Shown here piece by piece: positions 37,393 to 48,310 of a DNA stretch of 64,000 bases. Below the pieces are notes generated by a model. The model saw only the letters and a program-made list of their open reading frames with translations. It was not told the origin of the DNA and ran no database searches. The DNA comes from an uncultured bacterium (lineage in GTDB: Bacteria; Oederibacteriota; PGYV01; CAWJRG01). Made by a program: the position numbers and the translations under genes. Each line of letters starts with the position of its first letter. Within the stretch, counting starts at the first letter, position 1. The DNA lies in assembly GCA_963845185.1 (NCBI GenBank), contig CAWJRG010000006.1, positions 1 to 64,000 on the forward strand, in the 5' to 3' direction.

Positions 37393-38316
37393 ATGAAAAA
37401 ATTTAAAAGAAAAAAGCACATTACAGTTTTATGTGTCCCTGACGACAGTTCAAGAGTGTTTAGCGTTAAAATGAGAAGTTTTGTTTTTTATTCACTGGCA
37501 ATTTTGTGGCTAGTCGGGCTTGCATTTTCTATATTTATTATTTCCCGCCATACTAATTACAGAGCAACCCTTGAATATAATAAATACCTTATTAATAAAA
37601 ACAGAGAATTCGCAAAAGACGTTTTAGACATGAAGGAAACAGTCGATAGGGTAGCTCAAATAGACAAACAAATGAGAGAACTTTTACAGCTTAAGAGCAA
37701 GAATGGGATGATAAAATACACGGGGTTGGGCGGGCCATCCTACGTTGACGACGCGAGCATGCTTGAAAAATGCTTAAAAAACGAAAAAGATACAATAAGC
37801 AAAAGCGCGTTTGACCTTGCTGTAAAATGCGTTAACGAGAAAGCAAAAGATAAAGAAAAAAGTTTTCAGGAAATTATAAAATACATAACGGACCAGAGAG
37901 CAAAATTGACCGCGGTGCCTGCCGGCTGGCCTTTAAAAGGCTGGATTACAAGCGGATTTGGCTCGCGGCTTGACCCTTTTACCGGTGCTTTGACTTTTCA
38001 CGAAGGCGTTGATATAGTCAATGACCTTGGAACTCCGGTAAAAGCAACTGCCGATGGAGTGATCAGTACAGCAGGATGGGAAAAAAGCTTTGGATATGTT
38101 GTCGCAATTAATCACGGCAATGGTTATTCCACGAGATATGGACATCTTCTTAAATATAGCTGCAGTTTGGGGCAGTGCGTTAAAAAAGGACAGGTTATAG
38201 GATACCTCGGAAATTCGGGGCGCAGCACGGCACCACATCTGCACTATGAAGTCCGACTGAACGGTGTCGCAGTTAATCCGGTAAAATATCTCAACAAAGA
38301 AATTGCTTTAAAGTAA
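37393..38316 (+). CDS. M23-family metallopeptidase with TM anchor and coiled coil
   Basis: HEGVD, YGHL and GRSTAPHLHYEV. Confidence 0.93.
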   Translation: MKKFKRKKHITVLCVPDDSSRVFSVKMRSFVFYSLAILWLVGLAFSIFIISRHTNYRATLEYNKYLINKNREFAKDVLDMKETVDRVAQIDKQMRELLQLKSKNGMIKYTGLGGPSYVDDASMLEKCLKNEKDTISKSAFDLAVKCVNEKAKDKEKSFQEIIKYITDQRAKLTAVPAGWPLKGWITSGFGSRLDPFTGALTFHEGVDIVNDLGTPVKATADGVISTAGWEKSFGYVVAINHGNGYSTRYGHLLKYSCSLGQCVKKGQVIGYLGNSGRSTAPHLHYEVRLNGVAVNPVKYLNKEIALK

Positions 38317-38326
38317 AAGGAGAAAA

Positions 38327-38677
38327 ATGCTCGGCAGCATGGAAACACTAATAGGTAAGGATTGTGAAACAAAGGGGAATATATATTCCAAAGGAAATAT
38401 AAGAATAGACGGTAAAATTGAAGGCAATATTCAGAGTGAAGAAAACGTAATTATGGGAGAAAACGCGTCAATCAAAGGAAATGTTTATGGTAAACATCTC
38501 ACAATAGGGGGAAAAATAATCGGCGATGTCACAGCTAAGGCAAAACTTGAGATTCTAAATACAGGAAAAATATACGGGGATATAAAAACACCAAGGCTAA
38601 TAATGGCGGAAGGCGTAATTTTTGAAGGCAACTGCGAAATGGAAAAAATAATAGAAGAAACAACGCCTAAAAAATAA
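38327..38677 (+). CDS. Bactofilin (polymer-forming cytoskeletal protein)
   Basis: TLIGKD...GNIRIDG...EGVIFEGNCEM; typical adjacency to an M23 gene. Confidence 0.92.
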   Translation: MLGSMETLIGKDCETKGNIYSKGNIRIDGKIEGNIQSEENVIMGENASIKGNVYGKHLTIGGKIIGDVTAKAKLEILNTGKIYGDIKTPRLIMAEGVIFEGNCEMEKIIEETTPKK

Positions 38678-38900
38678 ATTGATTCTTTATATTTATATAT
38701 CCGAAGACAGGGATAAAACAAAAATTTATTATTGTTTACTATAATTTAAGATATTCTTAAAAATCAAAATACTACCTTCCGGTTTATATAATGCCTTTGA
38801 CAATTAGCGCACACGGTAATATAATTAAACAAAAATAAATACTAGAAAAATTTTATTTTTATAAAATTATATTTGGTGAAAATAAGGAGACGGATAAACA

Positions 38901-40340
38901 ATGGTTAGAGTAAGATTTGCACCAAGTCCGACTGGGTATTTGCATATAGGAGGTGCTCGTACGGCGCTTTATAATTATTTGTTCGCAAAAAAGAACAAAG
39001 GTAAATTCATATTGCGGATAGAAGACACCGACGCGGAGAGGTCCACCGAAGAATCGCTAAATACCATACTTGACTCATTGCGTTGGATGGGGCTTGACTG
39101 GGACGAGGGACCGGGAGTGGGTGGAGAACACGGGCCATATTTCCAAACGCAAAGGATAAAAATTTATACGGAGTACGCCGAAAAACTTTTAAAAGAAGGT
39201 AAGGCATATAAATGTTTCTGCACAAAGGAAGAACTTGACGCAGAAAGAAAAAAAGCAGAAAGCCAAAAGAGAGCTTTTAAATACGACGGCAGGTGCAAGA
39301 ACCTTTCGGCTACAGAAGCAGAAAAAAAAGAAGCAGAAGGCAAACGCTGTACTATACGAATAAAAATCGACAGCGAAGGCGAAACTATAATTAACGACAT
39401 TATAAGGGGCGAGGTGAGATTTCAAAATTCCGTTCTTGACGACATGATAATCATAAGGGCAGACGGCATGCCTGTTTATAATTTTACGGTTGCTATCGAT
39501 GACGCACTGATGAAAATAACGCATGTAATAAGAGGTGAGGACCATCTTTCCAATACGCCGAAACAGGTGCATATTTACAAGGCGCTCGGATTTAATTTGC
39601 CTTTTTTTGCACACATACCTTTGATCCTAGGTCCGGATAAATCAAAATTGTCAAAAAGGCACGGCGAAACAAGCGTAGCCGAATACAGAAAAAAAGGTTA
39701 TTTAAAAGAGGCTCTTTTGAATTATCTCGCTATGCTAGGCTGGTCAGCGGAATCGGGCGAGGATGTATTATCAATGGAACAACTCGTAGAAAAATTCGAT
39801 CTTGACAGGGTTCATAAAGCAGGGGCAATGTTTGATAACCAGAAATTACTTTGGATGAACGGGGTTTATATCAGGAATACCAATATTGATGAACTGACAA
39901 GACTGTGTGTGCCATATTTGAAAGATTCGGGATTAATAACAGATGGTGATATTAAAGACAAATATGATTATATAAAACGAGTCGTTTTGCTGCAACAGGA
40001 AAAAATAAAAACACTGTCGGAAGTTGTTGAGCTTTCAGCCTATTTTTTTAAGCAGGAAATAGATTTCGATGAAAAGGCAAAAGAAGTAATAGAAAAAACA
40101 GAAAATAAGAGCAAAGTGCTTGAAATATTTAAAAACGTTATAGACACTGTTGGTGTTGATAAAAATAAATTGGAAGAGAGTTTAAAAGTGGATATGGAAA
40201 CAGCTGGTATAAAACCAAAAATATATATGCACCTGATTAGGGCAGTTATTTCCGGAACTACCGCAGGTCCGGGGTTATTTGATATTATAGAAACATTGGG
40301 TAAAGATGTAGTATTGGACAGAGCAGGAAGATTTTTGTAA
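38901..40340 (+). CDS. gltX: Glutamate--tRNA ligase
   Basis: RFAPSPTGYLHIGG, IRGEDH and KLSKR. Confidence 0.98.
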   Translation: MVRVRFAPSPTGYLHIGGARTALYNYLFAKKNKGKFILRIEDTDAERSTEESLNTILDSLRWMGLDWDEGPGVGGEHGPYFQTQRIKIYTEYAEKLLKEGKAYKCFCTKEELDAERKKAESQKRAFKYDGRCKNLSATEAEKKEAEGKRCTIRIKIDSEGETIINDIIRGEVRFQNSVLDDMIIIRADGMPVYNFTVAIDDALMKITHVIRGEDHLSNTPKQVHIYKALGFNLPFFAHIPLILGPDKSKLSKRHGETSVAEYRKKGYLKEALLNYLAMLGWSAESGEDVLSMEQLVEKFDLDRVHKAGAMFDNQKLLWMNGVYIRNTNIDELTRLCVPYLKDSGLITDGDIKDKYDYIKRVVLLQQEKIKTLSEVVELSAYFFKQEIDFDEKAKEVIEKTENKSKVLEIFKNVIDTVGVDKNKLEESLKVDMETAGIKPKIYMHLIRAVISGTTAGPGLFDIIETLGKDVVLDRAGRFL

Positions 40341-40386
40341 TACAGCGTAATGCCGACATAATTATGTAAATACTGAAAGGAATAAA

Positions 40387-40686
40387 ATGAAAAAAATTAT
40401 TGTTAGCAGCATTATTTTGCTTTTTGTATGCCAGCCTATTTTTGCCGACGCGATATTTAAGAAAAATGGAGAGGTAATAGAAGGGAAAATAGTGGCAGAA
40501 ACCCAGACGGAGATAGGAATAAAAACACTAGATAAGTCCTTTTTTGTAAAAAAAGATGAAATTGAAAGACTTGTATATTCGCCGGCAGAAGAGAATAAGC
40601 CGTTTATCGACTGGCCAATTGTAATTCCCGGGGTGATATGCGCGGCATTGTTTTTATTTGTATTATTTTGGCACCAGACATTATGA
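40387..40686 (+). CDS. Hypothetical exported/membrane protein
   Basis: Signal peptide, DAIFKKNGEVIEGKI beta motif and a C-terminal TM helix. Confidence 0.65.
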   Translation: MKKIIVSSIILLFVCQPIFADAIFKKNGEVIEGKIVAETQTEIGIKTLDKSFFVKKDEIERLVYSPAEENKPFIDWPIVIPGVICAALFLFVLFWHQTL

Positions 40687-40754
40687 AATTTAAATTTGAA
40701 GTGATTGATGTTGTTTTGCCCTTGCGCACTTTTTTAGTATAATCCCGACTATAA

Positions 40755-42557
40755 TTATTCTACTTTGAGTATTGCCAAAAATGCTTCCTGCGGAATTTCT
40801 ACGGAACCAATTTGTTTCATACGTTTTTTGCCTTCTTTTTGTTTTTCCAGCAATTTTCTTTTCCTTGTAATATCGCCGCCGTAACATTTTGCGAGCACAT
40901 TTTTTCTCATGGCACGGACATCCTCGCGTGCTATTATACTGCCGCCTATCGCGGCCTGAATAGGCACAACGAACATCTGGCGGGGGATTACTTCCTTTAA
41001 TTTCTCACATAAGGCTTTTGCCTTACTGAAGGCAAAATCTTCATGTGTGATAAAGGACAGGGAATCGACTTTTTCGGCATTTACAAGTATGTCCACTTTT
41101 TTTAGATTGCCTGGCCTGTAATCTATAATTTCGTAATCCATAGAGGCATAGCCCTTTGACACAGATTTTAATTTGTCGTAAAAATCCCATATTATTTCGG
41201 ATAATGGGAGTTCGTAGGTAAGCAAAGCACGGTTGACCGATAAATATTCTGTGTTCTGATAAATCCCGCGCCTGCCCTGGCACAGTTGCATCAGGCTACC
41301 GACATATTCCGAAGGGGTTATTATCGAAAGCCTTACATAAGGCTCTTCAATTATGGATATACGGCCCGCGTCCGGAAATTTTGACGGGCTATCGCACATA
41401 TAGACTTCTTCATTCCCGGTTATTATTTTATACTCAACGTTTGGCGCCGTGGCAATCAGGTTCAGGTTATATTCGCGTTCAAGGCGTTCCTGGACTATTT
41501 CCATATGCAATAATCCCAAAAAACCACAGCGGTATCCAAAGCCAAGGGCATCGGAAGACTCGGGCTCGTAAAATAATGACGAGTCGTTTAACTGCAGTTT
41601 TTGCAGGGCATCTTTCAGTTCGTTATACTGCTCGGAAATGACGGGGAATAAGCCACAAAAAACCATTGGCTTCACTTCTTTATAGCCTGGTAGCGCAATA
41701 TCACAGGATTTATTTTTTTCGGTAATAGTATCTCCGATTTTTACATCGATTAAGTTTCTTATTCCGGCAACTATGTAACCAACTTCGCCTGCTTTTAACT
41801 CGTCGGCGTCGAGCATGCCGGGCTTGAATATGCCGATGTTTGTCACTTCCCAGTTTGTATTTGACGCCATCATATGTATAGCAAAGCCTTTTTTTATTAT
41901 GCCGTCATATAAGCGTACAAAAACTATGACGCCTTTGTAATAATCGAAAGTGGCATCCATTACAAGAGCTTTTAAAGGAGCGTTTGGGTCCCCTTTGGGC
42001 GAGGGAATCCTTTTTATGATTGCTTCAAGTATTTTTTCTATGCCTATACCTTCCTTGGCGCTGGCAAGAATCGAATCTTCAGCAGGCAGGCTTAGGAGTT
42101 CCTCAAGCTGGATTTTTACGTTGTCGGGGTTAGCACTGGGCATGTCAATTTTATTTATGACGGGTATTAAAAAAACATTATGGTTTATCGCTATATGGGC
42201 GTTTGCCATTGTCTGTGCCTCGACACCCTGCGTGGCATCAATAACCAGCAAAGCACCTTCCGAGGCTATCAAACTGCGTGAAACTTCATAGGAAAAGTCA
42301 ACATGGCCGGGCGTGTCTATGAGATTTAAAGTATAATTATGGTTTTCAAAAGTGTATTTAAGCTGTACGGCCTTTGCCTTGATTGTAATGCCTCGCTCAC
42401 GCTCCAGGTCCATGCTGTCAAGAACCTGTTCTTTCATTTTCCTTTTCTCTATCGTATGCGTGATGTCGAGCAGCCGGTCGGCGAGCGTGGACTTGCCATG
42501 ATCAATATGAGCAATTATGCTGAAATTCCGGATATATTCTAAATATGAATTGTCCAT
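40755..42557 (-). CDS. lepA: Elongation factor 4
   Basis: [21 protein letters not shown]-terminal [18 protein letters not shown]. Confidence 0.99.
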   Translation of the reverse strand: MDNSYLEYIRNFSIIAHIDHGKSTLADRLLDITHTIEKRKMKEQVLDSMDLERERGITIKAKAVQLKYTFENHNYTLNLIDTPGHVDFSYEVSRSLIASEGALLVIDATQGVEAQTMANAHIAINHNVFLIPVINKIDMPSANPDNVKIQLEELLSLPAEDSILASAKEGIGIEKILEAIIKRIPSPKGDPNAPLKALVMDATFDYYKGVIVFVRLYDGIIKKGFAIHMMASNTNWEVTNIGIFKPGMLDADELKAGEVGYIVAGIRNLIDVKIGDTITEKNKSCDIALPGYKEVKPMVFCGLFPVISEQYNELKDALQKLQLNDSSLFYEPESSDALGFGYRCGFLGLLHMEIVQERLEREYNLNLIATAPNVEYKIITGNEEVYMCDSPSKFPDAGRISIIEEPYVRLSIITPSEYVGSLMQLCQGRRGIYQNTEYLSVNRALLTYELPLSEIIWDFYDKLKSVSKGYASMDYEIIDYRPGNLKKVDILVNAEKVDSLSFITHEDFAFSKAKALCEKLKEVIPRQMFVVPIQAAIGGSIIAREDVRAMRKNVLAKCYGGDITRKRKLLEKQKEGKKRMKQIGSVEIPQEAFLAILKVE

Positions 42558-42559
42558 AT

Positions 42560-44413
42560 TTATTCTACTTTTATATATTTGTAATCAAAGTATCTCTGCT
42601 GGGTGTCAGCGCCGTCGTACTGGAGTAAGATAGCAACCATCTGCATGCTGCCTTTTTTTCTGTCTCTTCTCATTACCTTGATCTGGAAAGTCAGGGTTCT
42701 TTCCTCGCCCGGTTCCAGAGAAAATTTCTGGGTAATATCGCCGAACATTTCGAGGTTTGTCAGCTTTAATAATTTAAGGTAGAAATCTGTAACATTATTG
42801 GAAGTGTTTTTAACCGTGGCATCAACCGTAAAAATATCATTTTCGCGGACTTTATCGGGAATTTCCCACTCAACTTTAAAAGGGAAAACACCCTGCTCTT
42901 TCCTCAAATATGTGAATGTAGCTCCGCCAGCTATTGCCCATTCTAGAGCAGAATAAGGACCGCGAACCACTTTAAATGCCCTTGTCAGGTCGTGCCAGAA
43001 AAGACCCAACGACGGGTTGATCGGCAAGAAAGCGTCAACTGCCTGTTTTTGTCTGATAAAATGTTCGTCGGGTCCAGTGGGAACTATTGTTTTTCCAAGC
43101 AGATTCCAGTCAACGCACTGGCCGACAACCAGGGAAGTGTTGCATCGCCTGAGATAATCCGTCCAGTCATCAATCATATCCGGCAAAGTTTTTTTGTCTA
43201 TTGAATAAAACATTGCGGCATTTATTGAAAGACCGGCGTCAATTAGCATAAGCGGATCCTGACCGTGCTGCTTTGCCTCTTTCCAGCCGAGATTGAAGAC
43301 CCATAATGGTTTTTTAACTCCGGATTTTGTTACCATCTCGTGGATTATTATGGCCATTTTATGTGCGCGCCACCACTGCCACATTTCAACTATCTGGGGG
43401 TCATGCTCAACTTCGAGTTTTTTGGCCAGCCATACCATTTTTTCTTTATCATCAAGGTTTTCCCAATTTTCAGGTATATTATATACAGGCATATCATTTA
43501 TAAAATCAATGGCATATTCATAACCACCGAAATCAGTCCTCATGTAATCAAGGCCGATGTAATCAACATCAGGGCTTGCGTCCAGTTTTTTTATCAATTC
43601 TATTATGTCTGATTCACGCTTCTGGTCGTATATAGAAATATAAATAAGGGGGTGTAACTCGCCCGTATCCTTATCATAGCCTATCGTCTGCCTGTATGGT
43701 GAAAGGTCTTTCCTATTGCCGAGAAGTACATAGCCCGACATCCATGCGCCATATTTTATATTATATTTATGGCATTCCCTACCTATAAGCGGGAACTGCT
43801 GCATTGCTATCTGGCTCCAGGGGAAATCATAAGGTTTAAAAGAATCCCATATCTGCGATTGGCCTACGCAATGCCATAGAGCGTTGGCGCCCATGAATTT
43901 TGCCCAGAGCACGTAATTTTCCCAGGTTTTGACGCTCCTGCCTCCGAGGCCAGGAACCTGTTTTATTATAACGCCATCTGGTTCCTCTATATCCATGACA
44001 CAGAATCCTTTGGGAAGAGAAGGAGGGATGCGTTTTGTGATATTAAAAGTTGCAGTGCCAGCCTGTTTTTTACCGCCTGCTTCAATTATTACCACGGCAT
44101 TATAGGTGCCTATATGCGGGTTCCATGGAATAGGCCATTTTCCAACCCATTTGTTTAAGACAGGGTTATAAAGTATAAACAGCCTCGAAGTATTACCAAC
44201 TGTATTAATTAGTCTTTTATTTGAGAAAACCTCCACTGTTGCAGTTGCTGATTTCGGGGAAAAAGCGGTTTCAGTATTTATCGGTTTGCAAAAAATGGTT
44301 ACAATTTCGTAACGGAGATATTCTTTTTTGTCCGTGGATACCTTTATGTTGAAGGCTCTTAAACTTGAAATAAAAATAAAAAAGAGTATAATGCTGACGC
44401 AATATTTTTTCAT
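42560..44413 (-). CDS. Secreted hypothetical protein, possibly a glycoside-hydrolase-like TIM barrel between Ig-like domains
   Basis: Signal peptide; [10 protein letters not shown] motif; C-terminal beta-rich region. Confidence 0.55.
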   Translation of the reverse strand: MKKYCVSIILFFIFISSLRAFNIKVSTDKKEYLRYEIVTIFCKPINTETAFSPKSATATVEVFSNKRLINTVGNTSRLFILYNPVLNKWVGKWPIPWNPHIGTYNAVVIIEAGGKKQAGTATFNITKRIPPSLPKGFCVMDIEEPDGVIIKQVPGLGGRSVKTWENYVLWAKFMGANALWHCVGQSQIWDSFKPYDFPWSQIAMQQFPLIGRECHKYNIKYGAWMSGYVLLGNRKDLSPYRQTIGYDKDTGELHPLIYISIYDQKRESDIIELIKKLDASPDVDYIGLDYMRTDFGGYEYAIDFINDMPVYNIPENWENLDDKEKMVWLAKKLEVEHDPQIVEMWQWWRAHKMAIIIHEMVTKSGVKKPLWVFNLGWKEAKQHGQDPLMLIDAGLSINAAMFYSIDKKTLPDMIDDWTDYLRRCNTSLVVGQCVDWNLLGKTIVPTGPDEHFIRQKQAVDAFLPINPSLGLFWHDLTRAFKVVRGPYSALEWAIAGGATFTYLRKEQGVFPFKVEWEIPDKVRENDIFTVDATVKNTSNNVTDFYLKLLKLTNLEMFGDITQKFSLEPGEERTLTFQIKVMRRDRKKGSMQMVAILLQYDGADTQQRYFDYKYIKVE

Positions 44414-44603
44414 GACTGTCCTTAAATTTGTGCAATATTTGTGTAATTTGACCTATAGATTTAAGTTTAGATTATATAGGCAATTTTTTAAGTGTCAAGG
44501 GGAAATTGAAAAGCTAATAATACATTAAGTTCGATAAAGGCAAGTATCTCACTTTTTAAAAGAAGCATATGACAAGGAGGCGGAAAGTGAAAGGCAAATT
44601 TAA

Positions 44604-45218
44604 ATGTTGAAAATATGTGAAATTTTTGAAGATATTGAAGGAGAAGGAAAATTTCAAGGTTATCCTACTTTTTTCGTCCGGGTCACAGGATGTAATTTAA
44701 GATGCTCGTGGTGTGATACTAAATATGCATATTATAAAGGCAAAATAATAAGTTTGAAAAGCATACTTAAAAGAGTCGCAAAAAGTCCTTATAAATTTGT
44801 CAGCATAACTGGCGGCGAGCCGTTGTTATATAAAAAAGAAATAGCAAGATTAATCAAAAAAATAAGGGAAAAATATAAAAAAAATGTGACTATAGAGACA
44901 AATGGTTCAATTACAATAGAAGGAGTTCCTGCGGATAATATAAGCATGGATTTGAAGCTGCCGTCATCGGGAGAGCATAAAAAAATGCTTTTTTCAAATC
45001 TAAATCTTCTTAAGCCGAAAGACCAGATTAAACTTGTTATAGGCAGCAAAAAAGACATGGTCTACGCAAAGAAAATCCTTGATAAATATAAGGTAAAAAC
45101 AGCAATAATTGTGCAGCCGGTTTTTGGGAAATTCCCGTTAAGGAAAATAAGAGATTTTGTTATGAAAAATAAGCTTAACTGGAAAGTATCAGTACAGTTG
45201 CATAAGATTATAAAGTGA
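44604..45218 (+). CDS. queE: Radical SAM 7-carboxy-7-deazaguanine synthase-like protein
   Basis: EIFEDIEGEG, CNLRCSWCDT, TGGEP, IETNG and QLHK. Confidence 0.85.
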   Translation: MLKICEIFEDIEGEGKFQGYPTFFVRVTGCNLRCSWCDTKYAYYKGKIISLKSILKRVAKSPYKFVSITGGEPLLYKKEIARLIKKIREKYKKNVTIETNGSITIEGVPADNISMDLKLPSSGEHKKMLFSNLNLLKPKDQIKLVIGSKKDMVYAKKILDKYKVKTAIIVQPVFGKFPLRKIRDFVMKNKLNWKVSVQLHKIIK

Positions 45219-45371
45219 CAAGGTAAAGATATGTAGCACGTTACTCCATGAAACCTGGATGTTTTTCAGCGAATAGGATATTTCTATTTTACCTTGACAA
45301 AAGTTTGGAAGTATTGACAGGTAGTTTTTATATTGATATAATATTTCAAAATATAAAACAGGAGGCGACAA

Positions 45372-45950
45372 GTGTTCAAGCTAAAAATGTACATGCTTTT
45401 TATTATTGGCGTGGCAATAGGCGGTGCTATAGGATTTATTGCGTATAATATGCTTTTTGAAACGGAATTCAGCAATCTCCAGCGGAATATTGAAACAGAT
45501 TGGGATAAGGTCATTACCAACTTGAATATGACTACTGATCAGGTAATAAACCTGAAAAAGCTTTTAATTCAGGATAAAGAAAAATTCGACGTTAAAAAGT
45601 TTGACGAAGTAATTTCTTTGAGGGCAGAGATTCTGGGTACTGATAAATGGGAAGAAAGAACTGAGTTACTAAACCAGATTGAGGAAGCAATGAACAGGGT
45701 AATTGAGTTTTACAATGATCGCATGGATTTAAGGGCAAAAAGGTTTTATTATGTGGAATGGGGAATGCTCACGGACAAATATAAAGAACAGTATAATGAA
45801 GCAAAGAATGAATATATAGATGAAGTGCATGAGTATAATGTTAAATTGAAAAGATTGCCCTACAGCATGATAGCAAAAAGAAAAAAACTGGTGGAAATAT
45901 CGCAGCCTGAACAAAGCAGGATAACGACAGTGCAGGTAGCTACCGAATAA
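45372..45950 (+). CDS. LemA-family protein
   Basis: N-terminal TM helix, helical body, C-terminal YIDEVHEYNVKLKRLPYSMIAK. Confidence 0.7.
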   Translation: MFKLKMYMLFIIGVAIGGAIGFIAYNMLFETEFSNLQRNIETDWDKVITNLNMTTDQVINLKKLLIQDKEKFDVKKFDEVISLRAEILGTDKWEERTELLNQIEEAMNRVIEFYNDRMDLRAKRFYYVEWGMLTDKYKEQYNEAKNEYIDEVHEYNVKLKRLPYSMIAKRKKLVEISQPEQSRITTVQVATE

Positions 45951-46311
45951 CTTTGAGTTATCCGGAGGAAAGTCCGGACTCCATGAAGCACGGTGCCCGG
46001 TAACGCCGGGGCGAGGCAGTCATAATGGCTGCTTCGACGGAAAGTGCAACAGAAAGCAGGTAGCCTCGGAAAGTGCCGTTTTTACGGCATCCGGGGTAAT
46101 AGTGAAAAGGCGAGGTAAGAGCTCACCGCATACTTCGAAAGGAGTATGGCATGGCAAACCCCACCGGGAGCAAGGCCAAATAGGGAATAAAGCCGATAAG
46201 GCGAAGCAGCTTCAGCTTCATTATTCCGGGTAGGCCGCATAGATTAATGGCTGCCAGCCCGTGAAATATTACGGGCGCACAGAATCCGGCTTATGCACTG
46301 TCGTTATCCTG
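45917..46311 (+). ncRNA. rnpB: RNase P RNA (bacterial type A)
   Basis: Conserved GAGGAAAGTCCGGACTCC, GGAAAGTGCAACAGAA, GGTAAGAGCTCACC, GGCAAACCCCACCGGGAGCAAG and ACAGAATCCGGCTTA. P1 is an 18-bp pairing of 45917-45934 with 46294-46311. Confidence 0.97.
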
Positions 46312-46400
46312 TTTTTATTTTAAATCACTTTTGACCAAAATAAATTTAAAAACAATTGCCGCGGCGTTTTCTTCCGTGCTGATAAAAAATAGAGGATGAA

Positions 46401-47207
46401 ATGTATAATTATATAGATTTACACCTTCATACAAAGTTTTCCTGGGATGCAGAGCAAACAATGGAAGATGTAGTAAAGAAAGCTAAGGGAAAAAATATTA
46501 AAATTATGGGTTTCACCGAGCACATCGACCTGATGGATAAGCATCATAAAAATTATTTAAAATTTGATTATAAAAAGTACACAGAGGAATTCAAAAAAAA
46601 CAAGGAACAATTTCCGGGATTATTGAAAGGCATAGAAGTAGGTGAAATGCATGTATACAACGACAGATTCGTAAAATTTGCAGAAAACAAGGAATTTGAT
46701 TATTTTATCGGCTCGCTGCATTTTATAGGCGAATATACTCCGGTTTTTGACAATTATTTCAAGCAGCATAAACTCCTTGACGTGTATAAAGCTTATTTTG
46801 AAGAGGAATATAAATTAATAGAACACGGTGGCTTTGAGGTTGCGGCGCATATAACTCTTGTCCACAGGTACGGGGCAAAATATTTTAAAGAGCCTGTTTA
46901 TGAGACATTCAAGGCAGAAATAGGCGATATTTTAAAACTTTTAATAAACAAGAAGATAGCCATTGAAGTAAACACCTCAGGATTACATTTTCCTGCAAAT
47001 GATTTCATACCGGATAAAGAAATAATCAGGGCTTATATTTTACTTGGTGGAGACATGATAACAGTAGGTTCTGATGCTCATATGATAGAAGATTCTTTTA
47101 CCGGATTAAAAGCAGCCTATGAAATGCTGGAAGAGTTAGGGGTAAAAGAACTGACTGCATTTGAAGGACATAAGCCGATAAAGATAAGGATGAAACAAAA
47201 CGAATAG
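46401..47207 (+). CDS. PHP-family histidinol-phosphatase (HisJ/HisK-like)
   Basis: DLHLHT, FTEH, GSLH, EVNTSG and GSDAH. Confidence 0.88.
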   Translation: MYNYIDLHLHTKFSWDAEQTMEDVVKKAKGKNIKIMGFTEHIDLMDKHHKNYLKFDYKKYTEEFKKNKEQFPGLLKGIEVGEMHVYNDRFVKFAENKEFDYFIGSLHFIGEYTPVFDNYFKQHKLLDVYKAYFEEEYKLIEHGGFEVAAHITLVHRYGAKYFKEPVYETFKAEIGDILKLLINKKIAIEVNTSGLHFPANDFIPDKEIIRAYILLGGDMITVGSDAHMIEDSFTGLKAAYEMLEELGVKELTAFEGHKPIKIRMKQNE

Positions 47208-47296
47208 ATAATTTAACTCTGATAAATTCCGTCTGCAAGATATTGTGAGATTTGTTTTAAGAAAAGCTTTCCGGAAAAAATTATACGGAGAAAAAA

Positions 47297-48310
47297 ATGA
47301 AAATTTACAAACACAACCTAAAAGATGCAAAACCTTTTGTCACAAAAGATAATTCAATAATCCGCTCGATACTTGACCGGACAAACTCGCCGGTAAAAAA
47401 TGAATCCATGGCAGAGGCGGTTTTAAGAAAAGGCAAATCTACTATTGAACATGTCCATAAAAAGTCTGAAGAAATCTATTATTTTACTCAGGGAACGGGA
47501 GTTATATATTTAAATGATAAAAAGATAAAAGTAAAAACAGGAGACGGAGTGCTTATAAGTCCGGGCGAGCGACACAGGCTTGTAAACACCGGCGGGTATG
47601 ATATAAAAATATTGTGTCTTTGCTCACCGCCTTACTCGCACGAAGACACACTTATAACAAGGCACAATTTTGAAATGGTGATTTTTGATTTTGACGGTAC
47701 GCTTGTAGATAGCGCGCCTGGAATATGGAAAACCGCAAATGAAATGGCAAAATTATATGGGGTAAAACCGATTACAATGAATCAGGTAACAACTTCTGTT
47801 GGAACGGGCTTGGATAATTTTATTGAGGATTTGTTTCCGGAACAGTTGGAAAAATACCCCATGAAAACAATGATAAAAACTTACAGAAAAATATATTTGA
47901 GAAGTTTTGCTTTTGGCTTAAAAATTTTTAAAAATGTGGTAACGGTACTTAAATACTTAAAAAAGCGGAAAATTAAGGCAGCAATTGTATCAAACAAGCT
48001 GAAAAAGTATGTGGATGAAATAAATAAATACACGGGCATTGACAAGTATTTTAATATAACGCTCGGCAGCGAAAGCGTAAAAAAAATGAAACCTGATCCG
48101 GAGGCTGTTTTTTATATAATGAGAAAATACGGACTTAATAAAGAAAACATACTTTTGGTAGGAGATAGTCAGTACGACATAGAAACTGCAAAAAACGCCG
48201 GTGTAACTTCGGTTTTCATTACTCAGGGCTACGCCGATATTAAAAAAGTAAATAGACTTTCGCCTGATTATTGTTTTAATGATATAGGGAAATTGATGGA
48301 AATACTCTGA
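47297..48310 (+). CDS. Cupin + HAD hydrolase (phosphoglycolate phosphatase-like) fusion
   Basis: Cupin HVHKKSEEIY...PGERH; HAD DFDGTLVDS, KPDP and VGDSQYD. Confidence 0.85.
   Translation: MKIYKHNLKDAKPFVTKDNSIIRSILDRTNSPVKNESMAEAVLRKGKSTIEHVHKKSEEIYYFTQGTGVIYLNDKKIKVKTGDGVLISPGERHRLVNTGGYDIKILCLCSPPYSHEDTLITRHNFEMVIFDFDGTLVDSAPGIWKTANEMAKLYGVKPITMNQVTTSVGTGLDNFIEDLFPEQLEKYPMKTMIKTYRKIYLRSFAFGLKIFKNVVTVLKYLKKRKIKAAIVSNKLKKYVDEINKYTGIDKYFNITLGSESVKKMKPDPEAVFYIMRKYGLNKENILLVGDSQYDIETAKNAGVTSVFITQGYADIKKVNRLSPDYCFNDIGKLMEIL

Noticed and set aside
44604..45218. queE as part of a 7-deazaguanine DNA-modification (dpd) island
   Set aside because: No dpdA/tgt, queC or queD nearby; ordinary context.
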